In this document: positions 40,157 to 50,154 of the stretch, one piece after another
Position numbering within the stretch: position 1 is the stretch's first letter
Layout: every line of letters starts with the position of its first letter
Assembly (NCBI GenBank): GCA_013203665.1
Contig: JABMPU010000066.1
Location: forward strand, 10,206-74,205
Origin: Armatimonadota bacterium
Lineage (GTDB): Bacteria > Cloacimonadota > Cloacimonadia > Cloacimonadales > TCS61
DNA length: 64,000 nucleotides
Reading direction: 5' to 3'
Notes under the pieces: model-generated
Database searches by the model: none
Seen by the model: only the letters and a program-made list of their open reading frames with translations
What the model was told of the DNA's origin: nothing
Translations under genes and position numbers: made by a program

Positions 40157-41704
40157 TCAATCCAAATAAAAGGATTCTATCAAATTCAAACCGGATTTGC
40201 TGATCTCTTTTTCACCTATATCATCAATAAATAGTAAAGTACCCTTTTTGGAATAATACTCGACTTTAATGTTATGAATTCCAGGTTCAACTTCGATTTC
40301 TCCAATCAAAGCTTTAGCAGGAAAAAAGCGTGAAATTCTAAGGTCGGCATTTTCAGTGGCATCCACTGCAACATCTGTTGCCAAACGAGATGCGAGACCC
40401 AAATAACCTCCACCTGTTTGCTTTTCCATCTCAACTTTTGCTTTTTCCGATAATAGACCTTTCACAACCGAGCGTGTAATAGTTTTCAGATAAATCAGAG
40501 GTTCTTTCACTTTATAAGTTTCCAAAGCAACATTTTCCACGCTTTCGATCGGTTCCAATTCCAACTTTAGTTTGTCATCAACAAAAACTTTAATTTTGGC
40601 AACCTGCGATTTCCTCATATCCATATAAGGAAGCTGAAATTTGAAATGATAACCCTTTTGAACACCTGGCCAATTTATGATATCGAGAGTTGCTTCAATC
40701 TTATCTTCTTCAATCTTAGCTTCTTCTTTCTTCTTTTTCTTAGGTTTGAAGGGAATTATATCAATTACTGAATTCGCAAAATCCTTTGTTAAATCCACCA
40801 TTTCTACTGTTGCATCCACCAATTCACCTGTGTCACCCACAGATTTCTTGGTTCCATCCGGAGCTTCTTTGGTCGTAGCAATGATTAACACATCTGTTTC
40901 TGTATGAATATAAAGCGTTTTTGCTTTTTTATCCGGTGATTTTCCAATAAAACTGAGAATGTCGATTCTGGCTTTATCAGTTCTGTTCAGATAGTTGTCC
41001 ATTTCTGGAATTTCAAAATCACAGATATGTTTTTGCAATTCCCATGAATCCCGGATCTTATTCATATCTATTCTGGCATCATCCATCTTTCCTTCTGCAC
41101 GATATAAGATAAGACTCAAATATCTTCCCAAAGCAGAATTATGAAACTTACTTTTTCCAGTTTTGAATTCGTTTGTTTTGTCTTTGGAGAGATTAAATTG
41201 ATTTGCCATTTTTACATGTTTGTCTTCCAGAACAGATAATTTGTTATTTATTCTGCGAATTTCAACGAATGCTTCATCAAACTTATCGAGTTCCAGATAA
41301 TTGAGGGCTTTGAAAACATTCAGGTAAATATCTTCATAATCTTCACCAGAATAATCCATTGCATTATCATTCAAAAGCAGGGAAACTGCAGCTTTGCTGA
41401 TGCTTTTTGTATAAAGTTCCTCGATAGCAAATTCCGCTTTTTCGAGAAACTCATTACTTTTTTTGTATTCTCTATTATAATGATATAACATTCCTATATC
41501 GAGATAATAGAGAACTTTTTCTTTTTCTTTATAGAATTTATCTTTGGAACTTTCAATTTGAGATATTGCTCCGGCAAAATCTCTAATTTCCAGTTTTTTA
41601 TTAATTCCGGAAAATTGCTTTTTGGAAGTTTTCATGCTGGCACATCCGGATATTATTCCCAAAAGAAAAATAAAAGCAGTTAGAAAAATAAATATTCTTT
41701 TCAT
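40157..41704 (-). CDS. COG3014-family TPR lipoprotein
   Basis: ISGC lipobox, Y.GEDYE, DEA.VE.RR, ADLR; adjacent to lpoB. Confidence 0.8.
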   Translation of the reverse strand: MKRIFIFLTAFIFLLGIISGCASMKTSKKQFSGINKKLEIRDFAGAISQIESSKDKFYKEKEKVLYYLDIGMLYHYNREYKKSNEFLEKAEFAIEELYTKSISKAAVSLLLNDNAMDYSGEDYEDIYLNVFKALNYLELDKFDEAFVEIRRINNKLSVLEDKHVKMANQFNLSKDKTNEFKTGKSKFHNSALGRYLSLILYRAEGKMDDARIDMNKIRDSWELQKHICDFEIPEMDNYLNRTDKARIDILSFIGKSPDKKAKTLYIHTETDVLIIATTKEAPDGTKKSVGDTGELVDATVEMVDLTKDFANSVIDIIPFKPKKKKKEEAKIEEDKIEATLDIINWPGVQKGYHFKFQLPYMDMRKSQVAKIKVFVDDKLKLELEPIESVENVALETYKVKEPLIYLKTITRSVVKGLLSEKAKVEMEKQTGGGYLGLASRLATDVAVDATENADLRISRFFPAKALIGEIEVEPGIHNIKVEYYSKKGTLLFIDDIGEKEISKSGLNLIESFYLD

Positions 41705-41773
41705 AAGATTTTTCTCCTTCTCGTAGAACAACTTAGCAAGTTGTCTTTTAGTAATATAACAACTTGTGCTATG

Positions 41774-42388
41774 TTACCATTTTGCTTTCTTTTGTTTGAC
41801 AAATTTCTTGATTTTCTTTGAATCCATCCATATTTTTTCGTTGGTCTCTACGTTGATAAGTTCCATATCAACCTGATAAAATTTGATCTGTTTTCCTTCA
41901 ATTGCATCAATATGAGTTTTGATGCTTCCTTTGAGCATGAAATCTGCTCCTGTCTCTGCAGCTAATCTTTTTGCTGTTTCATCTGAAGCATAAGATTGCT
42001 GTTCCAATCTCTCATCTCTAACTTCTTTTCTTTCTTCGCTGGTAGCTACGAATTTCACCTTTCCGCTGTTGATAAATTCTCTTTCAATGTCTTTTACAAA
42101 AGTGCCTGTTTGAATATGTTCAGAACTCAGATTCCGCACTGCTCCCACAACCACTACAGGTTTTCGATCATTTTCCATTACAAAATCATTAATCCAGGAA
42201 CGACTGATCAATCCTCGAATCATCTGTTCAGCTACCAACCTGGAATCCGTATCATTCCATCTTCCGCTCAAATCTTGAACTTCATCAACAGAAACTCGAG
42301 TCACTGTTCTGGTTGATGGTCCGCAGCTTACAATCATGAAAATTGTAATAAAAAGAACTCCCACTAATAAAACTTTGTTTTTTTTCAT
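41774..42388 (-). CDS. lpoB: Penicillin-binding protein activator LpoB-like lipoprotein
   Basis: IVSC lipobox, DLSGRWNDTD, N..SEHI, GADFML.G.I, YQV...L. Confidence 0.85.
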   Translation of the reverse strand: MKKNKVLLVGVLFITIFMIVSCGPSTRTVTRVSVDEVQDLSGRWNDTDSRLVAEQMIRGLISRSWINDFVMENDRKPVVVVGAVRNLSSEHIQTGTFVKDIEREFINSGKVKFVATSEERKEVRDERLEQQSYASDETAKRLAAETGADFMLKGSIKTHIDAIEGKQIKFYQVDMELINVETNEKIWMDSKKIKKFVKQKKAKW

Positions 42389-42555
42389 ATCTCCTCCACT
42401 ATTTTTTTGATTAGAAGCAAATTTTCTATTTAAATTGTCAATCAAAAAAAGATATTTTGAAAAGTAAAGTTTTAAGAACCTGATTTTTTCTATGATAAGC
42501 AAAGAAAATGACCACTCTTCGAGCGAGATAAATTTCTTCACAATAAATCGGGACT

Positions 42556-42745
42556 AATATCAAATAAATCACAAACAACAAATACCAAAAAACAAATGAA
42601 TTCCAAATACAAATTATGAAATAATAAACTATCTAATGATTCGATTTGTTTTGAATTTGTAATTTCGATCATTGTTTTTTATTTGTAATTTGTATTTTGG
42701 ATTTTGAAATTTTATTAGAAATCAGATATTTGCAATTAGTAATTT
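42556..42745. repeat. Inverted pair of heptamer-repeat arms enclosing no gene
   Basis: aaatcacaaacaacaaataccaaaaaacaaatgaattccaaatacaaa ... tttgttttgaatttgtaattt...tttgtaatttgtattttggattttgaaattt. Confidence 0.75.
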
Positions 42746-42814
42746 CACGACAACTTGTTGACAAGTTTCATTTTTTAAAGGTCAATTTGAATAACATTTA
42801 TATTTTGTGCAAAT

Positions 42815-42838
42815 AAAAAAGGTGGTCGCAAGACCACC
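42815..42838 (-). terminator. Rho-independent terminator of the VOR/KOR operon
   Basis: Minus strand GGTGGTC-TTGC-GACCACC followed by T6. Confidence 0.85.
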
Positions 42839-42881
42839 CAAAATATTTTCTCCCTTTCTCCTGTTCTCCCTTTCTCCGATT

Positions 42882-43424
42882 CTAACTCTTTTCGCCTATT
42901 TCCTTTCCCTTCTTAATTGCTTTTAAATTCGCTTCCAGGAGAGCAGGATTCTTCTTTCCCAATATTTCTCGCAGGTCTTTTTCTACAGTCTCATATTTAA
43001 CCAATCCGGTTTTTCCTATAATAACACCTAACGAAACCATATTCAGAACTTTTGTAGAACCAATTTCAGTTGCAATTGAAGACATTGGAGCATAGATTTC
43101 TTCGACATCTTCTCTACCAAGTTTATCCGGGCACATATCGGAATTTGCTATCATGAGTCCACCGGATTTGATCATCGGACCGAATTTATCTACCGAAGGT
43201 TTATTCAAAGCAACCAGCCAATCCGGATGAGATACCAAAGGTGATGCAATCTGCTTATCACTGATAACAACTGCAACATTAGCAGTTCCACCTCGCATCT
43301 CCGGTCCATAAGAGGGAAGCCAGGAAACATCTTTTCCTTCTTTCATGGCAGCTAAAGATAAAAACTTTCCAATCGTGAGAGCTCCTTGTCCACCAAAACC
43401 GGAACAGATCAATTCGATTTTCAT
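42882..43424 (-). CDS. 2-oxoacid:ferredoxin oxidoreductase gamma subunit
   Basis: GFGGQG, PSYGPEMRGGTAN. Confidence 0.95.
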   Translation of the reverse strand: MKIELICSGFGGQGALTIGKFLSLAAMKEGKDVSWLPSYGPEMRGGTANVAVVISDKQIASPLVSHPDWLVALNKPSVDKFGPMIKSGGLMIANSDMCPDKLGREDVEEIYAPMSSIATEIGSTKVLNMVSLGVIIGKTGLVKYETVEKDLREILGKKNPALLEANLKAIKKGKEIGEKS

Positions 43425-44176
43425 TTTCCTTCCTCCTCGATAGATTTATCTTTGAAAACTCCGAGCTTGAAGAATGGAAGCATATTTTCTTTTGCCCATT
43501 CAAAAGCTTTCATAGGCTCATATCCCCAGTTTGTTGGACAGGTGGAAACAAACTCGATAAAAGTAAAACCTCTTTCCTCTTTATTGAATTTCATAGCTTT
43601 ATAAACCGCTTTTTTTGCTTTAATAACATGCTGAGGAGAAAGCAGGGAAACTCTCTCAATGTAATAAGGAGCTTCCAATGTAGCCAGAAGTTCGCAGGCT
43701 CTAATCGGATAGCCAATATCTTTTTCATCCCTTCCATAAGGAGAAGTCGTAGTTTTCATTCCCGGAAGAGTAGTGGGAGCCATTTGCCCGCCGGTCATTC
43801 CGTAAATAGCATTATTGACGAAGAAAACCGAAAAATGCTCGCCACGGTTTGCAGCATGAACAATTTCAGCAGTACCGATTGCAATTAAATCTCCATCTCC
43901 CTGATAAGTGAAAACATGCATATCCGGTCTCGCTCTCTTCATTCCTGTAGCCAGAGCCGGTGCTCTTCCGTGAGCAGCTTCTGCCATATCACAATCAAAA
44001 AAATTGTAAGCAAGAACAGAACATCCAACAGGACAAACTCCCATCGTTTTATTTCTCATGCCCAGTTCATCCATTGCTTCTGCAACTAATCTATGTGAAA
44101 TCCCGTGTGTACAACCTGGACAATATGTGAATTGTGCTTTTGTTAAAGATTTAGGTCTTGTTGCTATAATTTCCAT
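43421..44176 (-). CDS. 2-oxoacid:ferredoxin oxidoreductase beta (TPP-binding) subunit
   Basis: YCPGCTHG, HGRA, YQGDGD, NNAIYGMTGGQ, CPTNW. Confidence 0.95.
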   Translation of the reverse strand: MEIIATRPKSLTKAQFTYCPGCTHGISHRLVAEAMDELGMRNKTMGVCPVGCSVLAYNFFDCDMAEAAHGRAPALATGMKRARPDMHVFTYQGDGDLIAIGTAEIVHAANRGEHFSVFFVNNAIYGMTGGQMAPTTLPGMKTTTSPYGRDEKDIGYPIRACELLATLEAPYYIERVSLLSPQHVIKAKKAVYKAMKFNKEERGFTFIEFVSTCPTNWGYEPMKAFEWAKENMLPFFKLGVFKDKSIEEEGK

Positions 44177-44184
44177 GTTTCCTC

Positions 44185-45267
44185 CTATAAAATTTCTTCA
44201 ATTTTGGCTTTAACTTCTTCCGGTGAAAACACTAATCCACCAACTCGTCCCATAAAATCAACCGGTAATTTTCCTTCAATTGCAAGACGCACATCATCGA
44301 TCATCTGACCAAGATTTAATTCGAGCGTAAGAATTTTTTTCACGTTTTGATTGATAGCTTGTTTGATGGCTTCAGATGGGAAGGGCCAGAGCGTTATCGG
44401 TCTGATCAATCCAATGCTTTTTCCTTCTTTTTTTAGTTCATCGATTGCGGATTTGGTGATCCTGGCTGCAGTTCCGTAAGCTACACAAAGAATTTCATTA
44501 TCAGGACTGATATTATATTTTTCAAACCGGATTTCAGTTTTTTCAATCTCAATATATTTCTTTTCAAGGTTCAGAACAAGGTCGGATAAAACATTTGGAT
44601 CTAACTCTAAAGAATTAATAATATGATGGTGATGATTGGGTTCATCTTCATTGGGATGCATACACCAACTTTCATGCTGCTTACCAAGCTCTTCGATTTC
44701 TTCTTCAGTTTTTGCAGGTTGAAACTCCACAGGTTCCATCATCTGACCGATCAAACCATCCGAGAGAATTAGAACTACAATACGATATTTATCTGCCAGA
44801 TCAAAAGCAAGAGGAGCCATATCTGCAAATTCCTGAACTGTACTTGGAGCTAATACAATATTTCTATAATCACCATGTCCCCCACCTCTGGTTGCCTGAT
44901 AATAATCTCCCTGAGCAGGTTGAATATCTCCCAGACCGGGACCACCGCGAACCACGTTTACTACTACTGCTGGTAAACTCGCCCCGGAAATATAAGAAAT
45001 TCCTTCCTGTTTCAAGGAAATTCCCGGAGATGATGAAGAGGTCATAACTCTTTTCCCACATCCGGATGCACCGTAAACCATATTTATTGCAGCAATCTCA
45101 CTTTCCGATTGGACAAATGTTCCACCAACTTTCGGCATCATTTTAGACATATATTCAATTAATTCGCTCTGAGGAGTAATCGGGTAAGCAAAGTATAATC
45201 TGCAACCCGCTCTAAGTGCTGCTTCTGCAATTGCTTCATTTCCTTTCATCAATACTTTATCTGCCAT
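44185..45267 (-). CDS. vorB: 2-oxoacid:ferredoxin oxidoreductase alpha subunit (VorB type)
   Basis: KGNEAIAE, YPITPQSE, TSSSSPGISLKQE, GGGHGDY. Confidence 0.9.
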   Translation of the reverse strand: MADKVLMKGNEAIAEAALRAGCRLYFAYPITPQSELIEYMSKMMPKVGGTFVQSESEIAAINMVYGASGCGKRVMTSSSSPGISLKQEGISYISGASLPAVVVNVVRGGPGLGDIQPAQGDYYQATRGGGHGDYRNIVLAPSTVQEFADMAPLAFDLADKYRIVVLILSDGLIGQMMEPVEFQPAKTEEEIEELGKQHESWCMHPNEDEPNHHHHIINSLELDPNVLSDLVLNLEKKYIEIEKTEIRFEKYNISPDNEILCVAYGTAARITKSAIDELKKEGKSIGLIRPITLWPFPSEAIKQAINQNVKKILTLELNLGQMIDDVRLAIEGKLPVDFMGRVGGLVFSPEEVKAKIEEIL

Positions 45268-45277
45268 TGTTCCCCCA

Positions 45278-45481
45278 TCATTTCTCTACTGTAATTGCCA
45301 CATCCGGGCAAAATGTGTAACATAGCTTGCACGCAATACATGATTCCTGATCAAAACATTCAGCGTAATGATAACCCTTTTCATTGAACTTATCCGAAAG
45401 ACGAATAATCTTTTTGGGACAAGCCTCAATGCATAACCCACATCCCTTGCAATAAAAGGGATCAACTGTCATTCTCGCCAT
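45278..45481 (-). CDS. 2x[4Fe-4S] ferredoxin delta subunit
   Basis: CKGCGLCIEACP and CIACKLCYTFCP. Confidence 0.95.
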   Translation of the reverse strand: MARMTVDPFYCKGCGLCIEACPKKIIRLSDKFNEKGYHYAECFDQESCIACKLCYTFCPDVAITVEK

Positions 45482-45575
45482 AATCGACTCCTTGATTTTT
45501 GAACTTTTACCTGTTAAGTTTTTTAATAATAATTTTTATGTCAACAATCTTTTCCCAGCTATTTTTGGGATTCAG

Positions 45576-45697
45576 TACTCCCAATCCTGAAGGACTGGGT
45601 TATTTTTTAGAATTCTCCATCAATAACCTATGCGTTTACGCATAGGAAAAGAACCAACAATCACACACAAAATAACCTGTGTCTTTAAGCGTAGGGA
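45576..45697. repeat. REP-like palindromes
   Basis: CCCAATCCTGAAGGACTGGG; AACCTATGCGTTTACGCATAGG; degenerate AACCTGTGTCTTTAAGCGTAGG. Confidence 0.7.
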
Positions 45698-45701
45698 AAA
45701 A

Positions 45702-46433
45702 TCACCAAATATTGCATGTTTTTAAAAATTTAGTGCCCTTCGAATTTATTATTAAAAAGTTTTTTCTACATTCTATCAAAATATGATCAAAAGTATATTC
45801 GTATCCTGGAAAACCATCCCAATAATGAATCAACTTTTCATTTAAATAATCACTTGCCTTTGAAAAATTGAGTAATGTTGAGGGTAAGTTATCATAGATT
45901 AACAACCAGTTTGAGTAATATTTTTTAAATCTTTTCTTATTTAGTTTATCAAGTTTGGATACAATACAATCCCACATCCCTACAGACCATTCCATTTCTA
46001 CACTATCACCAACCAAAGGTGGTCCAATTAATTTATTCTTAGATGCCTTTAAAATTCTTAAAATTTCTTTTCTACTTCTTTTAGGTGAACCCCATCGAAA
46101 TAATGACGGCGTTATATTAGAATTTGGAAAATATTTATCTCGAAGTACCAAAGCCCAAGCGTACTGTTCTGGAATAGCCTCAGTAAATTCTATACCTATA
46201 TCATTAGTATTAAGCTGTAACTGAAAATCTGGTTTATCTCTATTTTCTAAAGCTATTGGATATTGAAGAAAATTGTTTTCACTATATGTTGATAACATAT
46301 GACAAATAGACCAAATTTCTGTATGTTCTGTTTTTCTCCCTTTTGTTCTTGCAGGCATTTTTACTTCAATTAATTTCAATATTGAAAACAACTGATCTTC
46401 AGAATCAGCATATATTTTTTTTAGCTTTTCCAT
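45702..46433 (-). CDS. Hypothetical protein with PD-(D/E)XK-like motif
   Basis: RDKPDF...IGIEFTEA; AT-rich; bounded by REP elements. Confidence 0.6.
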   Translation of the reverse strand: MEKLKKIYADSEDQLFSILKLIEVKMPARTKGRKTEHTEIWSICHMLSTYSENNFLQYPIALENRDKPDFQLQLNTNDIGIEFTEAIPEQYAWALVLRDKYFPNSNITPSLFRWGSPKRSRKEILRILKASKNKLIGPPLVGDSVEMEWSVGMWDCIVSKLDKLNKKRFKKYYSNWLLIYDNLPSTLLNFSKASDYLNEKLIHYWDGFPGYEYTFDHILIECRKNFLIINSKGTKFLKTCNIW

Positions 46434-46509
46434 ACGAACAACCTTTTGAAGTTTAACTTCTCAATTGCTTTCCAACGCTGGAGCATTGGAACGAGAAGCA
46501 TTCCTTTTA

Positions 46510-47424
46510 TTAAATCTTCCGGATTCCAACATTACTAGTTTTAGTTTTGATGATTTCGATAAAATTCGGATTTTGTGAAAAATTTTTCTCCATCAAATCA
46601 GCTATTTCATCAATTTTGTTTTCAGCACATACAGCAAAAACAGATGAGCCGCCACCGCTGATATTGAATCCTAAAGCACCTGCATCCAGTATTTTTTTCT
46701 TTATTTTATAATATTCTGGAATCGCTGCACCTCGAATTGGTTCAGCAACATAATCAATAGAAATTGCTTTACCGAATTCTTCGATGTCTTTCGTATGAAT
46801 TGCGTGAATCACACTGGAACAATGTGCAATTTGCTCCTTGAGTTTTTCTTCTCCGATATCATAAGTGATAAATCCTCTTGTTGTTCGCTGGTTTTTCTTC
46901 ATAATAGCCAGAACAATGGGGAATTCGGAAATTTTTAATTTCAAAACTTCAATCGGATTGTAACTTTTTATCAGAACAAATCCTCCCAAAACAGATGCTG
47001 CAACATTATCTGCATGTGGAGATCCTCCAGAAGCAACTTCACCCCTGCGAGCAATATCGATCATTTCGTTACCAGAAAGATTCAAATCAAGGAGTTTATT
47101 CAGCCCGAAAACACACGCTGCTGCAGAAGCTCCGGTTGTTCCCAATCCGCAACCGGAAGGCATTTTTTTGATAATTTCTAAACTAACTCCAAACGAAATA
47201 TTTTTTCTTTTCAATAATTCCGAAATCGCAAGTCCAGCAGTATTTTCATCAATTGCAACCGGAATATTCTGATTATCCCCAATAATTTTGATCACAATTT
47301 TTTTAGAATTATTTAATCCGATTTTAATTTCATCACACGGTTCATCCAATGATAAAGCAAAAATATCATATCCAGGTCCAACATTACCAATCGTAGCTTG
47401 TACTCTAAGATGAATTTCTCTCAA
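46510..47424 (-). CDS. thrB: Homoserine kinase-like GHMP kinase
   Basis: ATIGNVGPGYD, P.GCGLGTTGASA, HADNVA.S..GG, ISGGGSSVF; start overlaps the dapA-like stop. Confidence 0.85.
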   Translation of the reverse strand: MREIHLRVQATIGNVGPGYDIFALSLDEPCDEIKIGLNNSKKIVIKIIGDNQNIPVAIDENTAGLAISELLKRKNISFGVSLEIIKKMPSGCGLGTTGASAAACVFGLNKLLDLNLSGNEMIDIARRGEVASGGSPHADNVAASVLGGFVLIKSYNPIEVLKLKISEFPIVLAIMKKNQRTTRGFITYDIGEEKLKEQIAHCSSVIHAIHTKDIEEFGKAISIDYVAEPIRGAAIPEYYKIKKKILDAGALGFNISGGGSSVFAVCAENKIDEIADLMEKNFSQNPNFIEIIKTKTSNVGIRKI

Positions 47425-48299
47425 ATCAATCCTCGTTTTATCATTATGGACTTTAGTTTTTTTGTTTTTTCTTCACCCAATTCAGTTAAAGGCAATCTCA
47501 CGCTTCCTGCAGGTAAATTCATAAGATTCAAAGCCCGTTTTGCAGCCATAGGATTAGTTTCAAAACGTATAGCTTCAAACAGATCATAATATTCAAGATG
47601 TAATTTTTTAGCTTTTTCAAAATCTCCTGCCAAAGCAAATTCCAGCATATCCTTCATAACTTTGGGAACAACATTTCCCGAAACCGTAAAAGAACCACTT
47701 CCGCCAAAACAAACCAAAGGATAAGCAGTAGTATCTTTTCCCGTGAAAACATCAAAATCCTCATCTTTAGTAAGACAGATGACTTTTGCCAGATGGTCGA
47801 GCTTCTTGTTTCCATCTTTGATTCCAACGATATTAGGATGCTTTGCAAGCTTTGCAGTGATTTCCGGAGCCATATTTATTCCTGTTCTACCTTCTGCATT
47901 ATGCAAAATAATTGGGATTTCCGAAACATCTGCAAGTTTTTCAAAAAACTTCATAACTCCGTCAGGTTTTGGTAACACAAAATAGGGGGAATAAACGCAT
48001 AGATAATCTGCCCCAAGATCTGTGAATTCTTTTGCACGTTCAATTCCTTTCCACAAACTCATCACACACAAATCCGGAGCGATTTTCGCTTTTCCTTTTG
48101 ATTCTTTTACGACAATTTCTAAAACACGGTTGACTTCTTTATCTGTTAAGAGGGTGTTTTCTCCGGTTACTCCCAGAGGAGCAATACCGTGAATTCCAGC
48201 TTCCAATTGTTTTTGCACCAATAATTTCAAACCATCTTCGTCCAAAGATAGGTCTTTTTTAAATGGTGTGATTAGTAGTGTGTATGCACCTTTTTGCAT
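47421..48299 (-). CDS. DapA/NAL-family Schiff-base aldolase with non-canonical active site
   Basis: ITPF, GVTGE, PYF, LHN..GRTG, GIKD, ETNP..K, RLPL. Confidence 0.88.
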   Translation of the reverse strand: MQKGAYTLLITPFKKDLSLDEDGLKLLVQKQLEAGIHGIAPLGVTGENTLLTDKEVNRVLEIVVKESKGKAKIAPDLCVMSLWKGIERAKEFTDLGADYLCVYSPYFVLPKPDGVMKFFEKLADVSEIPIILHNAEGRTGINMAPEITAKLAKHPNIVGIKDGNKKLDHLAKVICLTKDEDFDVFTGKDTTAYPLVCFGGSGSFTVSGNVVPKVMKDMLEFALAGDFEKAKKLHLEYYDLFEAIRFETNPMAAKRALNLMNLPAGSVRLPLTELGEEKTKKLKSIMIKRGLI

Positions 48300-48393
48300 T
48301 TTAACTCCTTTTTTATTTTAAGAAATCTTCTTGTGTGGGTGTTGCAGGTTGTTTTTTTCATTTATCTTAAAGTCCATATTTCTTCAAAGTCTC

Positions 48394-50133
48394 TTACTTC
48401 GGTTCACCTTTTTCGTTCCAGCCACGAATTTCATAAACCTTTTGAACTAATTCATTGAATAATTCTTTATCCAATACTTTTCCTTTCATAAAGCCGGAAG
48501 GAGCAACCTCTTTGAAAAATCTTTCAGGTAAAATATCATCCGTGCATTTTCGTCCATTTCGCAGGTTATATCTTCGAGCCAAGTCTGTAATTCTTGCTCC
48601 CACTTGCCGCAAAGAATTTTCTGAATGATCCAAACCTGTAGCTGCATTCAAAAGAGGAGCCAATCTATCCAAACCAAGCGGAACGAAGTCGCAGATCACT
48701 AAACAGTTTCTCGCATTTATTTCATTCTGACCATCCACTACAGCAGCGGGAATATCCTCTATCTTGAAGTCGGGACCCATTTCAGCTTCCGTGCACCAGA
48801 GGCGCGTGTGACTGGCAAAATCGGAAACCGAAACTGAAACTCCCATCGTTAAACAACCCAAAGGATTCACACCGGAAATTTCCATTCCAAAAACATTGAT
48901 GGCAAATTCTTCACTTCCTTTTCCGATTTTCTGAGATGCTATTCTGCTTCCATCAGCAAAGATAGCTCCAACTCTTTCTTTTTTCACCATCATTTTTAGA
49001 AATTCCTGTTGAGCTTTGGCATTTCCCCATTTCAATTCCAGACCTTTCCAATTATCGATCAATCCTTTCTCAAAGCATTCCATCGCAAATGAACAGGTCA
49101 CTCCGGCACTGATGGTATCTAATCCAAGATCGTTGCAAATTTCGTTGGAGATTGTTACTTCTTTGATATCGGATATTTCGCAGCCGGAACCGAGGAAAGC
49201 AGTTGTTTCATATTCAGGTCCTTCTATTTCGTGTCCATCCCATCTTGCCCATTTGGAACAGCGGATCGCACAATTGAAGCAGCTCGTATCCTCCCAATTC
49301 AGTTCTTTTCGTGCAGTTTCAGAAGTAATTCCTTCGAACTCATCATAAGTGCATTTCTGGAAATTTTTGGTGGGAAGGAACTCATTTTCCTGTCCACTTC
49401 GAACACACTTCATTGTTCCTTTAACACGTCGAAATTTCACTCCATCATTATCGAGGATATCCTTTGTAAATTGTAGATTGATTTTTTTAAATTTCTCTTT
49501 ATCAAAATATTTTATTTCAGTGTTTCCATCCACAACTACAGCTTTCAGATTTTTTGAACCCATCACCGCACCGAGTCCACCTCTTCCAAACTGACGATGT
49601 TTATCGATTCCGATGCAGGCTATCTTAGATAGATTTTCACCTGCTTGTCCAATTGCTGCAATCCTAGGATTTGTCCCTGGATGAAATTTTAGTAATTCAT
49701 CATTTGTTTGGAAAATTCCTTTTCCCCATAAATCCATTGCATTTAGAATTGCGATCTTTTCATCAGCCAAATAGATATAAACTGGTCTGGAAGATTTTCC
49801 GGTTATGATCAGATAATCGTAGCCTGCACGCTTCAAAGCCGGTCCGAAATTCCCACCACAATGACAGTCGTGTATCGAACCAGTGAGAGGAGAACGGCTG
49901 ACCAATGTTGTACGAGCACTTGTCTGGATTTTTGTTCCGGTGAAAGGACCATTAACAAAAATCAATGGATTCTCTGCTCCTAATGGTTCAGGATTGGGTG
50001 CGATTTTATCAAGCAACGCAAAACCTAACCCTTTCCCACCAACGTAATCCTGAAGTAGTCTTTTATCTGTTTGCTCTATTTCATGAGTTCCGTCAGTTAA
50101 ATTAATGTATATACATTTTCCAGTATAAGACAT
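48394..50133 (-). CDS. Aldehyde:ferredoxin oxidoreductase (W/Mo-pterin, 4Fe-4S)
   Basis: GGKGLG, SPLTG, GRGGLGAVMGSKNLKA, CFNCAIRC, EGPEYET, CNDLGLDTIS, D.LPERF, RGW. Confidence 0.95.
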   Translation of the reverse strand: MSYTGKCIYINLTDGTHEIEQTDKRLLQDYVGGKGLGFALLDKIAPNPEPLGAENPLIFVNGPFTGTKIQTSARTTLVSRSPLTGSIHDCHCGGNFGPALKRAGYDYLIITGKSSRPVYIYLADEKIAILNAMDLWGKGIFQTNDELLKFHPGTNPRIAAIGQAGENLSKIACIGIDKHRQFGRGGLGAVMGSKNLKAVVVDGNTEIKYFDKEKFKKINLQFTKDILDNDGVKFRRVKGTMKCVRSGQENEFLPTKNFQKCTYDEFEGITSETARKELNWEDTSCFNCAIRCSKWARWDGHEIEGPEYETTAFLGSGCEISDIKEVTISNEICNDLGLDTISAGVTCSFAMECFEKGLIDNWKGLELKWGNAKAQQEFLKMMVKKERVGAIFADGSRIASQKIGKGSEEFAINVFGMEISGVNPLGCLTMGVSVSVSDFASHTRLWCTEAEMGPDFKIEDIPAAVVDGQNEINARNCLVICDFVPLGLDRLAPLLNAATGLDHSENSLRQVGARITDLARRYNLRNGRKCTDDILPERFFKEVAPSGFMKGKVLDKELFNELVQKVYEIRGWNEKGEPK

Positions 50134-50154
50134 TCATTTCCTCCGTATTTTATT

